Positions 10,093-19,743 of a stretch of 64,000 bases of DNA are shown one piece after another. Numbering within the stretch: position 1 is the stretch's first letter; each line of letters starts with the position of its first letter. The DNA is taken from positions 999-64,998 of the forward strand of contig DATKQB010000113.1 of NCBI GenBank assembly GCA_035523795.1, given 5' to 3'. Origin of the DNA: Verrucomicrobiia bacterium (GTDB taxonomy: Bacteria; Acidobacteriota; Terriglobia; Terriglobales; Acidobacteriaceae). The notes beneath the pieces are model-generated. The model was not told the DNA's origin and searched no databases. It worked only from the letters and a program-made list of their open reading frames with translations. The translations under genes and the position numbers were made by a program.

Positions 10093-10791
10093 ATGTCTAC
10101 GGTGGCAAGTACAACAAGCTCCGCGCGGGGATTTCGCAATGCGGTTCGCGTGCAGGAGGCGATCACCGCTCGTCTGGAGCGGCGAATTCTGCTGTGGATG
10201 GCGGAACGCACGCCGGAGCGCATTTCTCCGGATCATCTGACCGCCCTCGGTTTTCTCGCGCAATTTATGGCGGGGGCGTGTTATGCGCTGGCGTTCTGGA
10301 ATAAATATTGGTTGCTGGCGGCAACGTTCTTTATCGCGGTGAACTGGCTGGGCGACAGCCTGGATGGCACTCTCGCACGCTATCGCCAGCGGTTGCGTCC
10401 ACGCTACGGCTTTTATGTCGACCACATGTCTGACACGTTTGGGGCCGTGTTTCTGATGGCCGGGCTGGCGTTGTCAGGATTTCTTCATTGGCAGGTTGCG
10501 GTGGGAATGCTGGTTGCGTTCCTGGTGCTTTCGGTCGAGAGTTACCTGACCACCTACACGATCGGGCAATTCCAGATGTCTCACGGTTTATTCGGGCCGA
10601 CGGAAATTCGCATTCTGCTGATGATCGGAAATGTTGCGCTGATTTCTCATCCCCATGCGCATTTGTTCGGACGCGAGTTCATGCTGTTCGACGTAGGCGG
10701 GACGATCGCGATTTTGGGAATGCTGGGCATGGCAGTCATCGCCACCATTCAACACACGGCGCAGCTTTACTGCGAGGAACGGCTGCCGTGA
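10093..10791 (+). CDS. CDP-alcohol phosphatidyltransferase family protein
   Basis: The signature D-x2-DG-x2-AR...G-x3-D-x3-D is seen as GDSLDGTLARYRQRLRPRYGFYVDHMSD. Multi-pass membrane protein. GGGAGG lies 6 nt upstream of the ATG at 10093. Confidence 0.85.
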   Translation: MSTVASTTSSARGFRNAVRVQEAITARLERRILLWMAERTPERISPDHLTALGFLAQFMAGACYALAFWNKYWLLAATFFIAVNWLGDSLDGTLARYRQRLRPRYGFYVDHMSDTFGAVFLMAGLALSGFLHWQVAVGMLVAFLVLSVESYLTTYTIGQFQMSHGLFGPTEIRILLMIGNVALISHPHAHLFGREFMLFDVGGTIAILGMLGMAVIATIQHTAQLYCEERLP

Positions 10792-11204
10792 GCACGCGCG
10801 GCACCTGGAACTCGGGCGTGCGCTGGATGAAGTTCAACCTGGTGGGAGCGGTTGGCATCGGGGTGCAACTGGCGGCGCTGTATCTGCTGACGACCTTCGG
10901 CCTGAACTATCTGATCGCGACGGCGCTGGCGGTCGAAGCGGCCGTCCTGCACAATTTCTTGTGGCATGAACGCTTCACGTGGGCAGATCGCAAAAGCAAC
11001 GAAAGGCTCGCACGCCTTTTGCGTTTCAACTTCACCACCGGCGCAGTTTCGATTGTGGGCAATCTGCTGCTGATGCGCTGGCTGGCCGGCGGCCTGCATA
11101 TCCGGCCGATGCTGGCGAACGGAATCGCCATTGCGGCGTGTTCGCTGCTGAATTTCCTGGTCAGCGACCGCTGGGTGTTTCGCAACAACGCTTGGCAAAG
11201 CTAA
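10788..11204 (+). CDS. GtrA family membrane protein
   Basis: KFNLVGAVGIGVQLAALYLL...HNFLWHERFTW...LLNFLVSDRWVF is typical of GtrA. The GTG start overlaps the upstream stop (GTGA). The 5' part of track ORF 10488 is an out-of-frame overlap with the upstream gene. Confidence 0.8.
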   Translation: MSTRGTWNSGVRWMKFNLVGAVGIGVQLAALYLLTTFGLNYLIATALAVEAAVLHNFLWHERFTWADRKSNERLARLLRFNFTTGAVSIVGNLLLMRWLAGGLHIRPMLANGIAIAACSLLNFLVSDRWVFRNNAWQS

Positions 11205-11249
11205 AGACGGGCGTGCGACGCGGGAGCGATCAGAAATGTGGGAAAAATG

Positions 11250-14200
11250 TTAGTCCGCGCCAGCACCGGCCGCTACCGCCTGCGTCTTCTGCAGCAGCTT
11301 GCGGGCCTGGCTGATCAGTTCGGCGACTTCGAATGGCTTCACGAGGAATGGGACATTCTTTTCCTGCAGGAACGTGCGGCCTTCACTCTGCTCGATTCCA
11401 TTCGAAAACGTGAACAGCACGTGAGCTTCTAGGTTGGCGCAGTTCTCTTTCAGCCAGGTATAGGATTCTCTGGAATTCCATTCGCCCGGCATTTTCCCGT
11501 TCATGATGACGGCGTCGAACGGCTCCGACAGCAGACGAGTCTTGACTTCGTCGCTGGTGCGGGCCGTGACCACAACGGCTCCGGCTCCGGCGAGCACGTC
11601 GCGTTCGAATTCGAGAACGGCCTCTTCTTCCTCGACCAGCAGAACGCGTCCGCTGAGCGCGCCTTCGTGCGGACGAACCGGAGCCTTCACCGGTTCGGGC
11701 TCCGCTGCGACGGCGGCAGCTACTGCCGGCAAGCGGACTTCAATCATGGCTCCGCCTTCCGGTGCGTTGTTGGCGGTGATGTCTCCGCCATGCTCTTTGA
11801 CGATGCCGTAACAGATGCTCAGACCGAGGCCGGTGCCTTTGCCGACTTTCTTGGTGGTGTAGAACGGATCGAAGATGCGCTTGGGATCCTTGATGCCCGG
11901 GCCATCGTCGGTGAACTGGGTGCAGACGTGTCCGTTTTGCGTGTAGATGCGGACTTTCAGCTTCCCGGTGCGTCCGGTTTCGAGAACGGCGTCGACCGCG
12001 TTATTGATGATGTTGAGAAAAACCTGCTCGATCTGTTGGGCGTCGGCGATGACGCAGACGGCTTCTTCCGGTACATCCCGCTCGATGCCGATGTTGTTGC
12101 TCTTGAGATCGTATTCGCGCAGGGTGAGCGTTTCGTCGAGCACCTTGCGGATATCGACTTCTTCCCGCTGCGGCGTGCGCTGGCGGGCGAATGACAGCAG
12201 ATTCTGCACCACTCGATGCGTGCGCTGCGCCTGCTTGAAGAGCTTGCTGACAAATTCCTGCGCGCGCGTGCCCAGGCCTTCGCTCTCGAGAAGCTGCGCG
12301 TAGCCAAGAATGGCAGTCAGAGGATTATTCAGTTCGTGAGCCACGCCGGCGATGAGCTGGCCGACCGCAGACATCTTTTCGCTCTGCAGCAGTTGCTCCT
12401 GCGTCTTGCGCAGGTCCTCGTAGGCGCGGCAGGTTTCTTCGTAGAGACGGACTTTCTCGATGGTGGTGGCGAGCTGACGGCTGATCGCGACCAGCAGATT
12501 CTCATCATTGCTGGAGTATTCGTATCCCGAGGGGCTGTTCAGACCCATGAGTCCAACAGGGTTGTCCTTGCCCCAGAACAGGACCCACAAACTGGAGCGG
12601 TCCGCCTCGGAGCGAAGAAACTCGGCAACGTTCGGCGGAAGGTGCGGCAAATATTCTGCCGTGATCACTTCAGCCCGCGAGCGCATGACCAGATCGCCGA
12701 AGCCTTCGGCAAAGGAAAAGTCGGCAGGACGCATTTTGTCGCGATTGCGCGGTCCCCAGGAGGCGCGTTTGCGATAGGTCGCGGAATCGGTGTCGGACAA
12801 GTAGACCGAGCCGCTCTCGGCGCCGAACAAGGTGACGACCTGGCGAAGCGTGAGATTCAGAATTTCGTCGAGATCGAACGATTGCGCCGCTACCACGGCC
12901 ATGGCGTTCAGCGCATTCAATTCGCGGTTGCGGCGGCGCATCTCATCTTCGGCGCGACGCTTCTCGGTCATGTCGAGAACGAATCCCTGATAGCGTTCCA
13001 GGTTGCCGGATGAATCGCGGGTGGCGAAACTGCTTTCCGAGGCGAGCAGCAGCGTGCCGTCTTTCCGGCGCAGGGTGACGTCGAAGTTGCGAACGTAGTT
13101 GTGAGCCTCGATTTCGCGGCGGAAGTTCTCGCGCTGGTGAGAATCGACGCAGATTTCCGAATCGAGATTCAGGACCAGCAGTTCGTCGCGCTTGTTGTAA
13201 CCGAGCATGTGGACAAAGGCATCGTTGCAGTCGATCAGGCGTCCGGCAGGCGTGGAAACGTAGACGCCCTCCTGCACCTGCTCGAATAGAAGCCGATATT
13301 TTTCTTCCGCCGAGCGACGGTCGGTAATGTCGCGAACGACGTGAATGATGCCTTTTTGCGAGGATTCCTGTTCGGCGTAAGCCGAAGTGGAGACGATGGA
13401 GAATCCGCCAAAGCAGGGATCGGCGCCTTCGGTAAATTCGTTATCGCCGCGGACCGCGCAATAGGGGCAGCCGGTCCATTTGCCGAATTTGTGGGGAAGC
13501 ACGGAATCGCAGGTGCTCCCGATGACGTCGGCCGGGGCCAGTCCGAGTTGTTCGAGGAGCAACTGGTTGACTTTGATGACGCGAAATTCCGAGTCGTGCG
13601 CCAGGATGATGTCATGGATGGAATCGAAGGTATTCATCCACTGCCGCTGCGAACGCAGAACCTGTTCGAGCAGGCGGGAATTTTCCAGGGCGATAGCCAT
13701 CTGCTGGGCACAGGTTTGGATGAGCTGCAGTTCGTCGTGCGTCCACTGGCGATCGCCGTGGACGCCCAGAAAGAGCAGGCCGACGGGAGACTTGTTTCCG
13801 ATGACCGGCGCGATGACGATCTGATGAATCTTCTCCGCCTTCAGGTATTCGGGAGTCTCTGAGAGAGCCGCATTGCGGCTGGTGACCTGCGGTTCGGGAT
13901 TGCTGAGGAACTTCTGGGCCTCTTCGCTCAGTTCGGCCGCGGCTACGTCGCGTTGAAACTCGGCAGACAATCCCACCGAGTGCGCCAGGATCAGCCGCTC
14001 GCCTTCGATGGTGCGAAGCCAGGCTGCGCGCGCGTTCAGCGTGCGCTGCATTTCTCCCAGCGTCGACACTGCTACATTGCCGAACGATTGTGCGCCGGAA
14101 ATGTTTGTCGTGATGAACTGGAGCGCCTGCGATCTGCGGGCGCGTGCGTGAGCGTCGCCAAATACTACCAGCAACATGCCGGTGCCGAGGGCGATCTCGG

Positions 14201-14771
14201 GAGTGATCGATAACACTGACGGAATGCGGTTGGTGAATGGCTGCCAGGAAAGATGAAGGAACGGCAAAGAAAACGCGACCATCCAGGCAGACAAGTGCCA
14301 GCGTCCCCGGCGCGCACTGAGCAGCGCGATAGTAGCGGTCAGCAAAAGGATGCGGTAGCTGATTTCCAGCGACATCCGCAAGGGAACCGAACCGGGAGCG
14401 AAGAGCACGCGCGCGGCGGCGAACCCTGTCAATAGCGGAGCGATGAAGGCCAGAGGAAGCGTGAGATTGCGGCTTTGCGTGTAGAGCAGAACCGAGCCCA
14501 CCAGCAAGCCCGTAGCCAGCACAAAGCTCGACTGAACGACGACAACGGCTAGTGGCTGGGGAAAAACCGGAGCCAGAGCATGCTCAGCCAGGTGCGAAAC
14601 GGCAAGAGACGCCCAGCCGGCAATCCAGAGTTGGAGATAGCGTTCCTGACAGGCTCGTAACGCCAGCAGGAAAGCAGCCAACAAAAGCATTGCGGCCCAC
14701 TCGGCTGCCGAGGGGCGCGCGATGCCGAGTTGATTTGCCGTGTTCCAAACCGACCAGACGAAAGCGCTCAT
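11250..14771 (-). CDS. hybrid sensor histidine kinase (multi-TM, GAF, PAS x2, GAF, HisKA, HATPase_c, degenerate C-terminal receiver)
   Basis: H-box VAHELNNPLTAILGYAQLL and G-box GTGLGLSICYGIVKEHGG. The C-terminal REC-like domain has VEEEE and AVIMNGKMPG in place of the DD and D acceptor residues. Confidence 0.9.
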   Translation of the reverse strand: MSAFVWSVWNTANQLGIARPSAAEWAAMLLLAAFLLALRACQERYLQLWIAGWASLAVSHLAEHALAPVFPQPLAVVVVQSSFVLATGLLVGSVLLYTQSRNLTLPLAFIAPLLTGFAAARVLFAPGSVPLRMSLEISYRILLLTATIALLSARRGRWHLSAWMVAFSLPFLHLSWQPFTNRIPSVLSITPEIALGTGMLLVVFGDAHARARRSQALQFITTNISGAQSFGNVAVSTLGEMQRTLNARAAWLRTIEGERLILAHSVGLSAEFQRDVAAAELSEEAQKFLSNPEPQVTSRNAALSETPEYLKAEKIHQIVIAPVIGNKSPVGLLFLGVHGDRQWTHDELQLIQTCAQQMAIALENSRLLEQVLRSQRQWMNTFDSIHDIILAHDSEFRVIKVNQLLLEQLGLAPADVIGSTCDSVLPHKFGKWTGCPYCAVRGDNEFTEGADPCFGGFSIVSTSAYAEQESSQKGIIHVVRDITDRRSAEEKYRLLFEQVQEGVYVSTPAGRLIDCNDAFVHMLGYNKRDELLVLNLDSEICVDSHQRENFRREIEAHNYVRNFDVTLRRKDGTLLLASESSFATRDSSGNLERYQGFVLDMTEKRRAEDEMRRRNRELNALNAMAVVAAQSFDLDEILNLTLRQVVTLFGAESGSVYLSDTDSATYRKRASWGPRNRDKMRPADFSFAEGFGDLVMRSRAEVITAEYLPHLPPNVAEFLRSEADRSSLWVLFWGKDNPVGLMGLNSPSGYEYSSNDENLLVAISRQLATTIEKVRLYEETCRAYEDLRKTQEQLLQSEKMSAVGQLIAGVAHELNNPLTAILGYAQLLESEGLGTRAQEFVSKLFKQAQRTHRVVQNLLSFARQRTPQREEVDIRKVLDETLTLREYDLKSNNIGIERDVPEEAVCVIADAQQIEQVFLNIINNAVDAVLETGRTGKLKVRIYTQNGHVCTQFTDDGPGIKDPKRIFDPFYTTKKVGKGTGLGLSICYGIVKEHGGDITANNAPEGGAMIEVRLPAVAAAVAAEPEPVKAPVRPHEGALSGRVLLVEEEEAVLEFERDVLAGAGAVVVTARTSDEVKTRLLSEPFDAVIMNGKMPGEWNSRESYTWLKENCANLEAHVLFTFSNGIEQSEGRTFLQEKNVPFLVKPFEVAELISQARKLLQKTQAVAAGAGAD

Positions 14772-14910
14772 AGGGGTTCGAGGCGTGCGACTCCCTCTTT
14801 TGTGAATATCACGGTGCGTGGAAATCTCGATGGAGATTCCGGACCTTAGTGATTACTTTCGGCATCTACAGGCTGGGTTACAATCGCCGATAGACTTTCG
14901 TGTAACTTCC

Positions 14911-15999
14911 ATGCCAGACCGCATACTTGTGGTTGACGACGAAGAGCCGATACGCGAAATCGTATCTTCCATGCTCGGAGCCGCGGGGTACGTCTGCAAA
15001 CAGGCAGCCTCGGGCACAGAGGCGCTCGCCCTTCTGACTTCGGGAGAAGAATTTGAACTGATGCTGTCGGACCTGATGATGGCTGATCTGGACGGCATTG
15101 GACTGCTGGAGCGGACGAAAGAAAGATATCCCGACATGCCGGTGGTGATGGTGACGGCGGTGCACGATATTTCCGTCGCGCTGGCGGCCATTCGCAACGG
15201 AGCTTATGACTATTTGCTGAAACCGTTTGAGCGCGAGCAGTTGCTCAACGCGGTGAGCCGTGCGCTGGAAAATCGCCGGCTGAAAGTGGAGAACCGCACA
15301 TACCAGACGAATCTGGAATCGTTGGTGGCGGCGCGGACGGAACAATTGCAGGTTGCATTACGAGATCTGGAGCGCTCGTACGACATTACCCTCGAAGTTC
15401 TCGTAGCCGTCTTGGACTATAAGGACCAGGAAACCCAATATCATTCTCAGCGCGTGACGGCTTACACCATCGCCATCGCGCGAGCCATGGGCATTCCGAA
15501 AGAACAGATTGACGTAATTGCGCGTGGAGCCCTGCTGCATGATGTCGGGAAGATGGCGATCCCAGACAACATTCTCAATAAGCCGGGAAAACTGACGCCG
15601 GAAGAGTTTGCGACCATGCGCGAGCACTGCTACAAGGGATACAAGCTGGTGCAGAAGATTCCGGTTTTGCGCGAGGCGGCCGAGATTGTTTATTCGCATC
15701 AGGAGCATTTCGATGGCAGCGGTTACCCGCGGGGGCTGAAAGGGGAGCAAATTCCGTTGGGTGCGCGAATCTTCTCGGTGGCGGATACGTTCGACGCGAT
15801 CACCAATGACCGGCCCTATCGCGCGGCAAGATCGATAGCTGTGGCGCGCGACGAGATCGTAAAATGGGCTGGGCGTCAGTTCGATCCCGAGGTCGTTACC
15901 GTGTTTCAGCAAATGCCGGACGCGGTTTTCGAGGACCTGCAGCGGCAAATCAGCGAGCAAGGCACATCGATGACGTATTCGGCAGGCGCCAAGGGTTAG
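14911..15999 (+). CDS. response regulator with HD-GYP domain (c-di-GMP phosphodiesterase, RpfG family)
   Basis: REC domain (ILVVDDEEPIRE...MLSDLMMADLDG...KP) plus HD-GYP (GALLHDVGKM ... HQEHFDGSGYPRGL). The track ORF begins at GTG 14818. I prefer the ATG at 14911, immediately before the REC domain; the start is uncertain. Confidence 0.85.
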   Translation: MPDRILVVDDEEPIREIVSSMLGAAGYVCKQAASGTEALALLTSGEEFELMLSDLMMADLDGIGLLERTKERYPDMPVVMVTAVHDISVALAAIRNGAYDYLLKPFEREQLLNAVSRALENRRLKVENRTYQTNLESLVAARTEQLQVALRDLERSYDITLEVLVAVLDYKDQETQYHSQRVTAYTIAIARAMGIPKEQIDVIARGALLHDVGKMAIPDNILNKPGKLTPEEFATMREHCYKGYKLVQKIPVLREAAEIVYSHQEHFDGSGYPRGLKGEQIPLGARIFSVADTFDAITNDRPYRAARSIAVARDEIVKWAGRQFDPEVVTVFQQMPDAVFEDLQRQISEQGTSMTYSAGAKG

Positions 16000-16113
16000 T
16001 CGCTCGTCCTGCAACTTCCTTCTTCCTTCGGGGTTCCTTCTTCTATAAAAACGCGAGCAGCAAATTCGTGCCTGCTCCCATCCAACTTGCTCAGAATCCC
16101 AGGAGTCGCTTCC

Positions 16114-16833
16114 ATGTTTCCTTTCTCACGACGTGTTCTTTTTGTAGTGGCGCTAGGCAGCCTGTTGTCTTTGCCGATGATTGCTCAGGATCGCCCAATC
16201 GGCGATGGCCCAACCGACGATCGTCCAATGCAAGATCGTCCAATGCAAGATCGTTCAATGAACGATCAGCTCAACAATTCCGATGTTCCGGCGAATACGG
16301 TTCCGCAAGGGACGGTCTTTCTGATCCAACTCTCCGATAAGTTGGATACCCACACGGTGAAGGCTGGCGATCATTTTCAGGCGCGTTTGGCCGAACCAAT
16401 CACCACGGCCGATGGTCAAACTCTTCGGCCGGGAGAAAAGATTAGAGGACACGTGAGCGCCGTCATTCCCGGTTTGCAGCGAAGATTGCTGTTGAGCTTT
16501 GACGAAATCGATACCGGACACGGTTGGATGCCGTTGATCGCGACGGTGACGGGAGTTCCGGGGGAGCATGGGCTGAAGGCGGTCGGGGACGAAGGGGAGA
16601 TCGGACACGAGCGACTGAACAAACAGCAGATTGCCGAAGCTGTGGTCGAGGGAGCGGGCGAGGGAGCGGAACAGGGCGCCCATCAAGGCAAGCGCGCGGC
16701 GGTGGTCGGCGCCGGAAATGGCGCAGCGGATGGCGCTTTGACCGCATTGGAAGATAATCACGAGCTGGTGCTGGCCAGCGGAACGGCGCTGGAAATTCGG
16801 CTGGACCGCAATCTGATGATCCCACCGAGATAG
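16114..16833 (+). CDS. hypothetical secreted protein with N-terminal D-x-P-x-x pentapeptide repeats
   Basis: Signal-like MFPFSRRVLFVVALGSLLSLPMIAQ, then DRPIG DGPTD DRPMQ DRPMQ DRSMN. The C-terminal region is Gly/Ala-rich. Confidence 0.5.
   Translation: MFPFSRRVLFVVALGSLLSLPMIAQDRPIGDGPTDDRPMQDRPMQDRSMNDQLNNSDVPANTVPQGTVFLIQLSDKLDTHTVKAGDHFQARLAEPITTADGQTLRPGEKIRGHVSAVIPGLQRRLLLSFDEIDTGHGWMPLIATVTGVPGEHGLKAVGDEGEIGHERLNKQQIAEAVVEGAGEGAEQGAHQGKRAAVVGAGNGAADGALTALEDNHELVLASGTALEIRLDRNLMIPPR
16189..16263 (+). repeat. 5 x 15-bp tandem repeat (coding)
   Basis: gatcgcccaatcggc / gatggcccaaccgac / gatcgtccaatgcaa / gatcgtccaatgcaa / gatcgttcaatgaac. Confidence 0.8.
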
Positions 16834-16876
16834 GGCGCGATAAAATCGAGAGAGGGGCGAGAAATGAGGCCCATCG

Positions 16877-17596
16877 ATGAGATCTCGATTATTGGTAGCG
16901 CTGCTGATTCTGGCAGCGTCTGTAATGTTATTAGCGCAGGAGCATCCCAGCGTCACCGCGCAGCCGAATACCATTTACGTCGGCGCGGATGGAAAATATG
17001 AGGCAGCGCCGGATACCGCGGTGCTGCAGTTCGATGTTTCGGTGCAGGCGGATACATCCCAAGCCGCATACGATCGCGCTTCGAAAGACGTCGAGCAAGT
17101 TCGGCAAGTGATGCGCGCGAATGGAATCGAACCGAAAGCGGCGACCATCGGATTTTTCGCCGTACAGCCTATGTACGAGTACAAGCCGAAACAAAAAGTC
17201 ATTGGTTATCGTGTCACAACCGACGTGACGCTCAAGCTGAAGGATTTCTCGAAGATTGGCCCCGTCACGCAACAGCTGGCTGACGCCAATGTCAGTGAGA
17301 GCCAGACGCTGAATTACACGCTCGAAAACATGGACGAAGCGAAAAACAAAGCCGTTGAAGATGCCTATCGACGGGCGCATAACTCGGCCGAAGCTCTGGC
17401 TCGCACCAGCGGGCGAGTGCTGGGTGATCTTTCCTACGCGTCAATCGACACTTTCGAAAATCAGCGCCCGCCGTTTCCGCGGATGATGCGCGCCATGACT
17501 GCAAATGCGAATGCTGCTCCCCCGCCGACGGAGGAATTTACTCCTCAAAGCGTGACGGTGACCGCGCATGTGAACGCGGTATTCAACCTGAAATAA
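16877..17596 (+). CDS. SIMPL (DUF541) domain periplasmic protein
   Basis: Signal peptide, then a layout typical of the SIMPL / 26-kDa periplasmic immunogenic protein family (AAPDTAVLQFDVSVQA...GYRVTTDVTLKLKD...VTVTAHVNAVF). Confidence 0.7.
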   Translation: MRSRLLVALLILAASVMLLAQEHPSVTAQPNTIYVGADGKYEAAPDTAVLQFDVSVQADTSQAAYDRASKDVEQVRQVMRANGIEPKAATIGFFAVQPMYEYKPKQKVIGYRVTTDVTLKLKDFSKIGPVTQQLADANVSESQTLNYTLENMDEAKNKAVEDAYRRAHNSAEALARTSGRVLGDLSYASIDTFENQRPPFPRMMRAMTANANAAPPPTEEFTPQSVTVTAHVNAVFNLK

Positions 17597-17646
17597 GGAT
17601 TGGCGTTGAGGCTGCGAGCGATAATGCTTCGCGGAAGAGAGGAATC

Positions 17647-18942
17647 TCAGCCGCCCAGAGGATCGACTTCGAGCGTCAGGCCTTCTACTTTTCGAACCAC
17701 TACCATTTGACCAGCCGGAAGCGATTTGGAAGCGACCGCATCCCAAAGCTCGCCGTGGATGAAGACCTTGCCCATGGGCGAGAGCGCGCTCTGCACAACT
17801 CCGGTTTCGCCGACCAGCCCCTGCACTCCGGTGACGATTTTATTGCGGCGAGCTCGCAGCGCGATGCTCATCAGGAAGGCCGTAATCAATCCGAAGGGAA
17901 CGCTCACTGCCAGCGCAGTCACGAGGTGAACGCGCATCTGTGGAATGGGGGCATCGACGAGCAAAAGACCGCCGAGCGTGAGCAAGACGATTCCGCCGAT
18001 CGTGGCGACCCCGTGGGTGGCGAACTTCGCCTCCGCCGCGAATAAAACGAATGCGCCCAGGATCAATCCGAGGGCCGCGAAACGCGTGGGCAGGAAATTC
18101 AGCGCAAATGCCGCCAGGAGGATGAAGACCAGGCCGACCGTGCCGGGAATAACGGCGCCGGGATGATTGAACTCGACATAAAGTGCGAGCGCGCCGATGG
18201 CAAGCAGAAGAAAGGCGAGATTGGGATCCATGAGCGCATCGAGGATGCGCTCTTTCAATGTCATTTCATAGGGAACCAGAGGCTGGCCCACGAGATTCAG
18301 GGAATCGGTTGCGCCATTGAAACGCTTGAAAGGCTTACCTTGCATCTGGCGGAAAAGATCCTCAGGACTCGAGGCAATGTAGTCGATGAGATGTTGCTCG
18401 AGCGCTTCCTGATCGGTGAAGGACTGTGATTGTCGCACTGCCGCTTCAGCCGCGATGACGTTGCGTCCGCGCTTGCTGGCGACCGAGCGGATGAGCGCCG
18501 CGGCATCGTTTTCGATTTTCTTGTTCATCTCGTCATCAGGCTTAACGGTGACGGGGCCGATCAGAGTGACGGGATGGGCCGCACCCGCGGCCGTGCCCGG
18601 CGCCATGGCGGCGATGTCCGCGGATTCGAGGATGAAGATTCCCGCGGAGCCCGCATGGCCTCCGGTGGGCGTGACGTAGACAATCACAGGCACAGGCGAA
18701 GAGGTGATCTTCTCAATGATGTCGCGCGTGGAGCTCACGAGGCCGCCGGGCGTGTTCATCTCGATCAGCACAGCCTGCGCATTGGTGCGATGGGCCTGAT
18801 CAATAGCGCGGGCGATGTATTCGGCGCTGATGGGCTGAATCGTGTCGTCGACTTTGACGGTGAGAACCTGAGCGTGGGCGATTGAGGAGAGGAAGAGAAA
18901 GACAAATGCGAGCGCAAGGATGGGAACGCAGTTTGAGGGCAT
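17647..18942 (-). CDS. NfeD family membrane-bound ClpP-class serine protease
   Basis: N-terminal ClpP-like domain (INTPGGLVSSTRDI...GGHAGSAGIFI), central TM helices and a C-terminal NfeD OB domain (VFIHGELWDAVA). ATG 18942 is preferred over the track GTG 19020. Confidence 0.8.
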   Translation of the reverse strand: MPSNCVPILALAFVFLFLSSIAHAQVLTVKVDDTIQPISAEYIARAIDQAHRTNAQAVLIEMNTPGGLVSSTRDIIEKITSSPVPVIVYVTPTGGHAGSAGIFILESADIAAMAPGTAAGAAHPVTLIGPVTVKPDDEMNKKIENDAAALIRSVASKRGRNVIAAEAAVRQSQSFTDQEALEQHLIDYIASSPEDLFRQMQGKPFKRFNGATDSLNLVGQPLVPYEMTLKERILDALMDPNLAFLLLAIGALALYVEFNHPGAVIPGTVGLVFILLAAFALNFLPTRFAALGLILGAFVLFAAEAKFATHGVATIGGIVLLTLGGLLLVDAPIPQMRVHLVTALAVSVPFGLITAFLMSIALRARRNKIVTGVQGLVGETGVVQSALSPMGKVFIHGELWDAVASKSLPAGQMVVVRKVEGLTLEVDPLGG

Positions 18943-19074
18943 CCGCAGGAAAAGTCTCTGAGAGGCGCGAGGGGCTTTCGATGTTGCGGATGCAGCGCGA
19001 AGTGTCGTGCAGCCTGCCACGGCAGCTTCTATTTTAGCAGTTCAGGTGCGGTTGGCTGAGTGCTTCGGGCGGTA

Positions 19075-19125
19075 GGGATTCTTCGATTCGAACTCGCCTA
19101 TGCTAGCGCTCACTCAGAATGACAC
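19075..19125. repeat. possible degenerate third copy of repeat family B
   Basis: gggattcttcg...cgctcactcagaatgacaca resembles the 3' half (agatccttcg...cgcctcaggatgacaaa) of the elements at 36667 and 45201. Confidence 0.3.
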
Positions 19126-19188
19126 AGGGTGCGAGCAAGCCGCGGGCCCATTAAAGATCCGGATGGAAATGGACGATGGTTTATATCC

Positions 19189-19743
19189 ATGGCCGAGATC
19201 TTGCTGAAGGAGGGGGAGCGGCGCCGAAGTCCGCGGTTTCATTGTGGCGGGATGGCGAGGCTTTATTGTCTTCCGTTAGACGGAAACTCACTGCGTGGAG
19301 AGATCCACGACTTGAGTGTAGGCGGCATGCGCCTGGGCCTAATCCAGCCGCTCGAGGTGGGTAGAGCTACTGAGGTTGTGGTGGCCGTGAATGCGGAGTC
19401 GTTCCGGGCGGCGGCGCTAGTCAAAGGACTTCATCCGCTGTGTGGCACGCGGCTCGAGTTCACGCGCATCGGTGATTTCGGCAAAGAAATTCTTGCCGAC
19501 CTGGTGCAACGGCTGGCTACAATGCAATCTTTGAACCGTAAGCTGCGCGGGCCGCAGATGGAGAAAGAAACTGCCCAATTGCTTTTGAAGCAAGAAATTT
19601 TTCAACTCGTGAGGCGAGGCGATGCGCTAGCGAGCGCGGGTGAAAAAAATCCCGGCCAGAACGAAACTGACACGAAGCGCGCGGAAGAAGGGGACGCGAT
19701 CGAAGGGAAGCCGCTGGTGATTCAAGTGGACGTGTTCGTTTAA
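19189..19743 (+). CDS. PilZ domain protein (putative c-di-GMP receptor)
   Basis: RRRSPRF...(about 25 aa)...DLSVGGMRL matches the PilZ RxxxR / D-x-S-x-x-G motifs. Confidence 0.7.
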   Translation: MAEILLKEGERRRSPRFHCGGMARLYCLPLDGNSLRGEIHDLSVGGMRLGLIQPLEVGRATEVVVAVNAESFRAAALVKGLHPLCGTRLEFTRIGDFGKEILADLVQRLATMQSLNRKLRGPQMEKETAQLLLKQEIFQLVRRGDALASAGEKNPGQNETDTKRAEEGDAIEGKPLVIQVDVFV

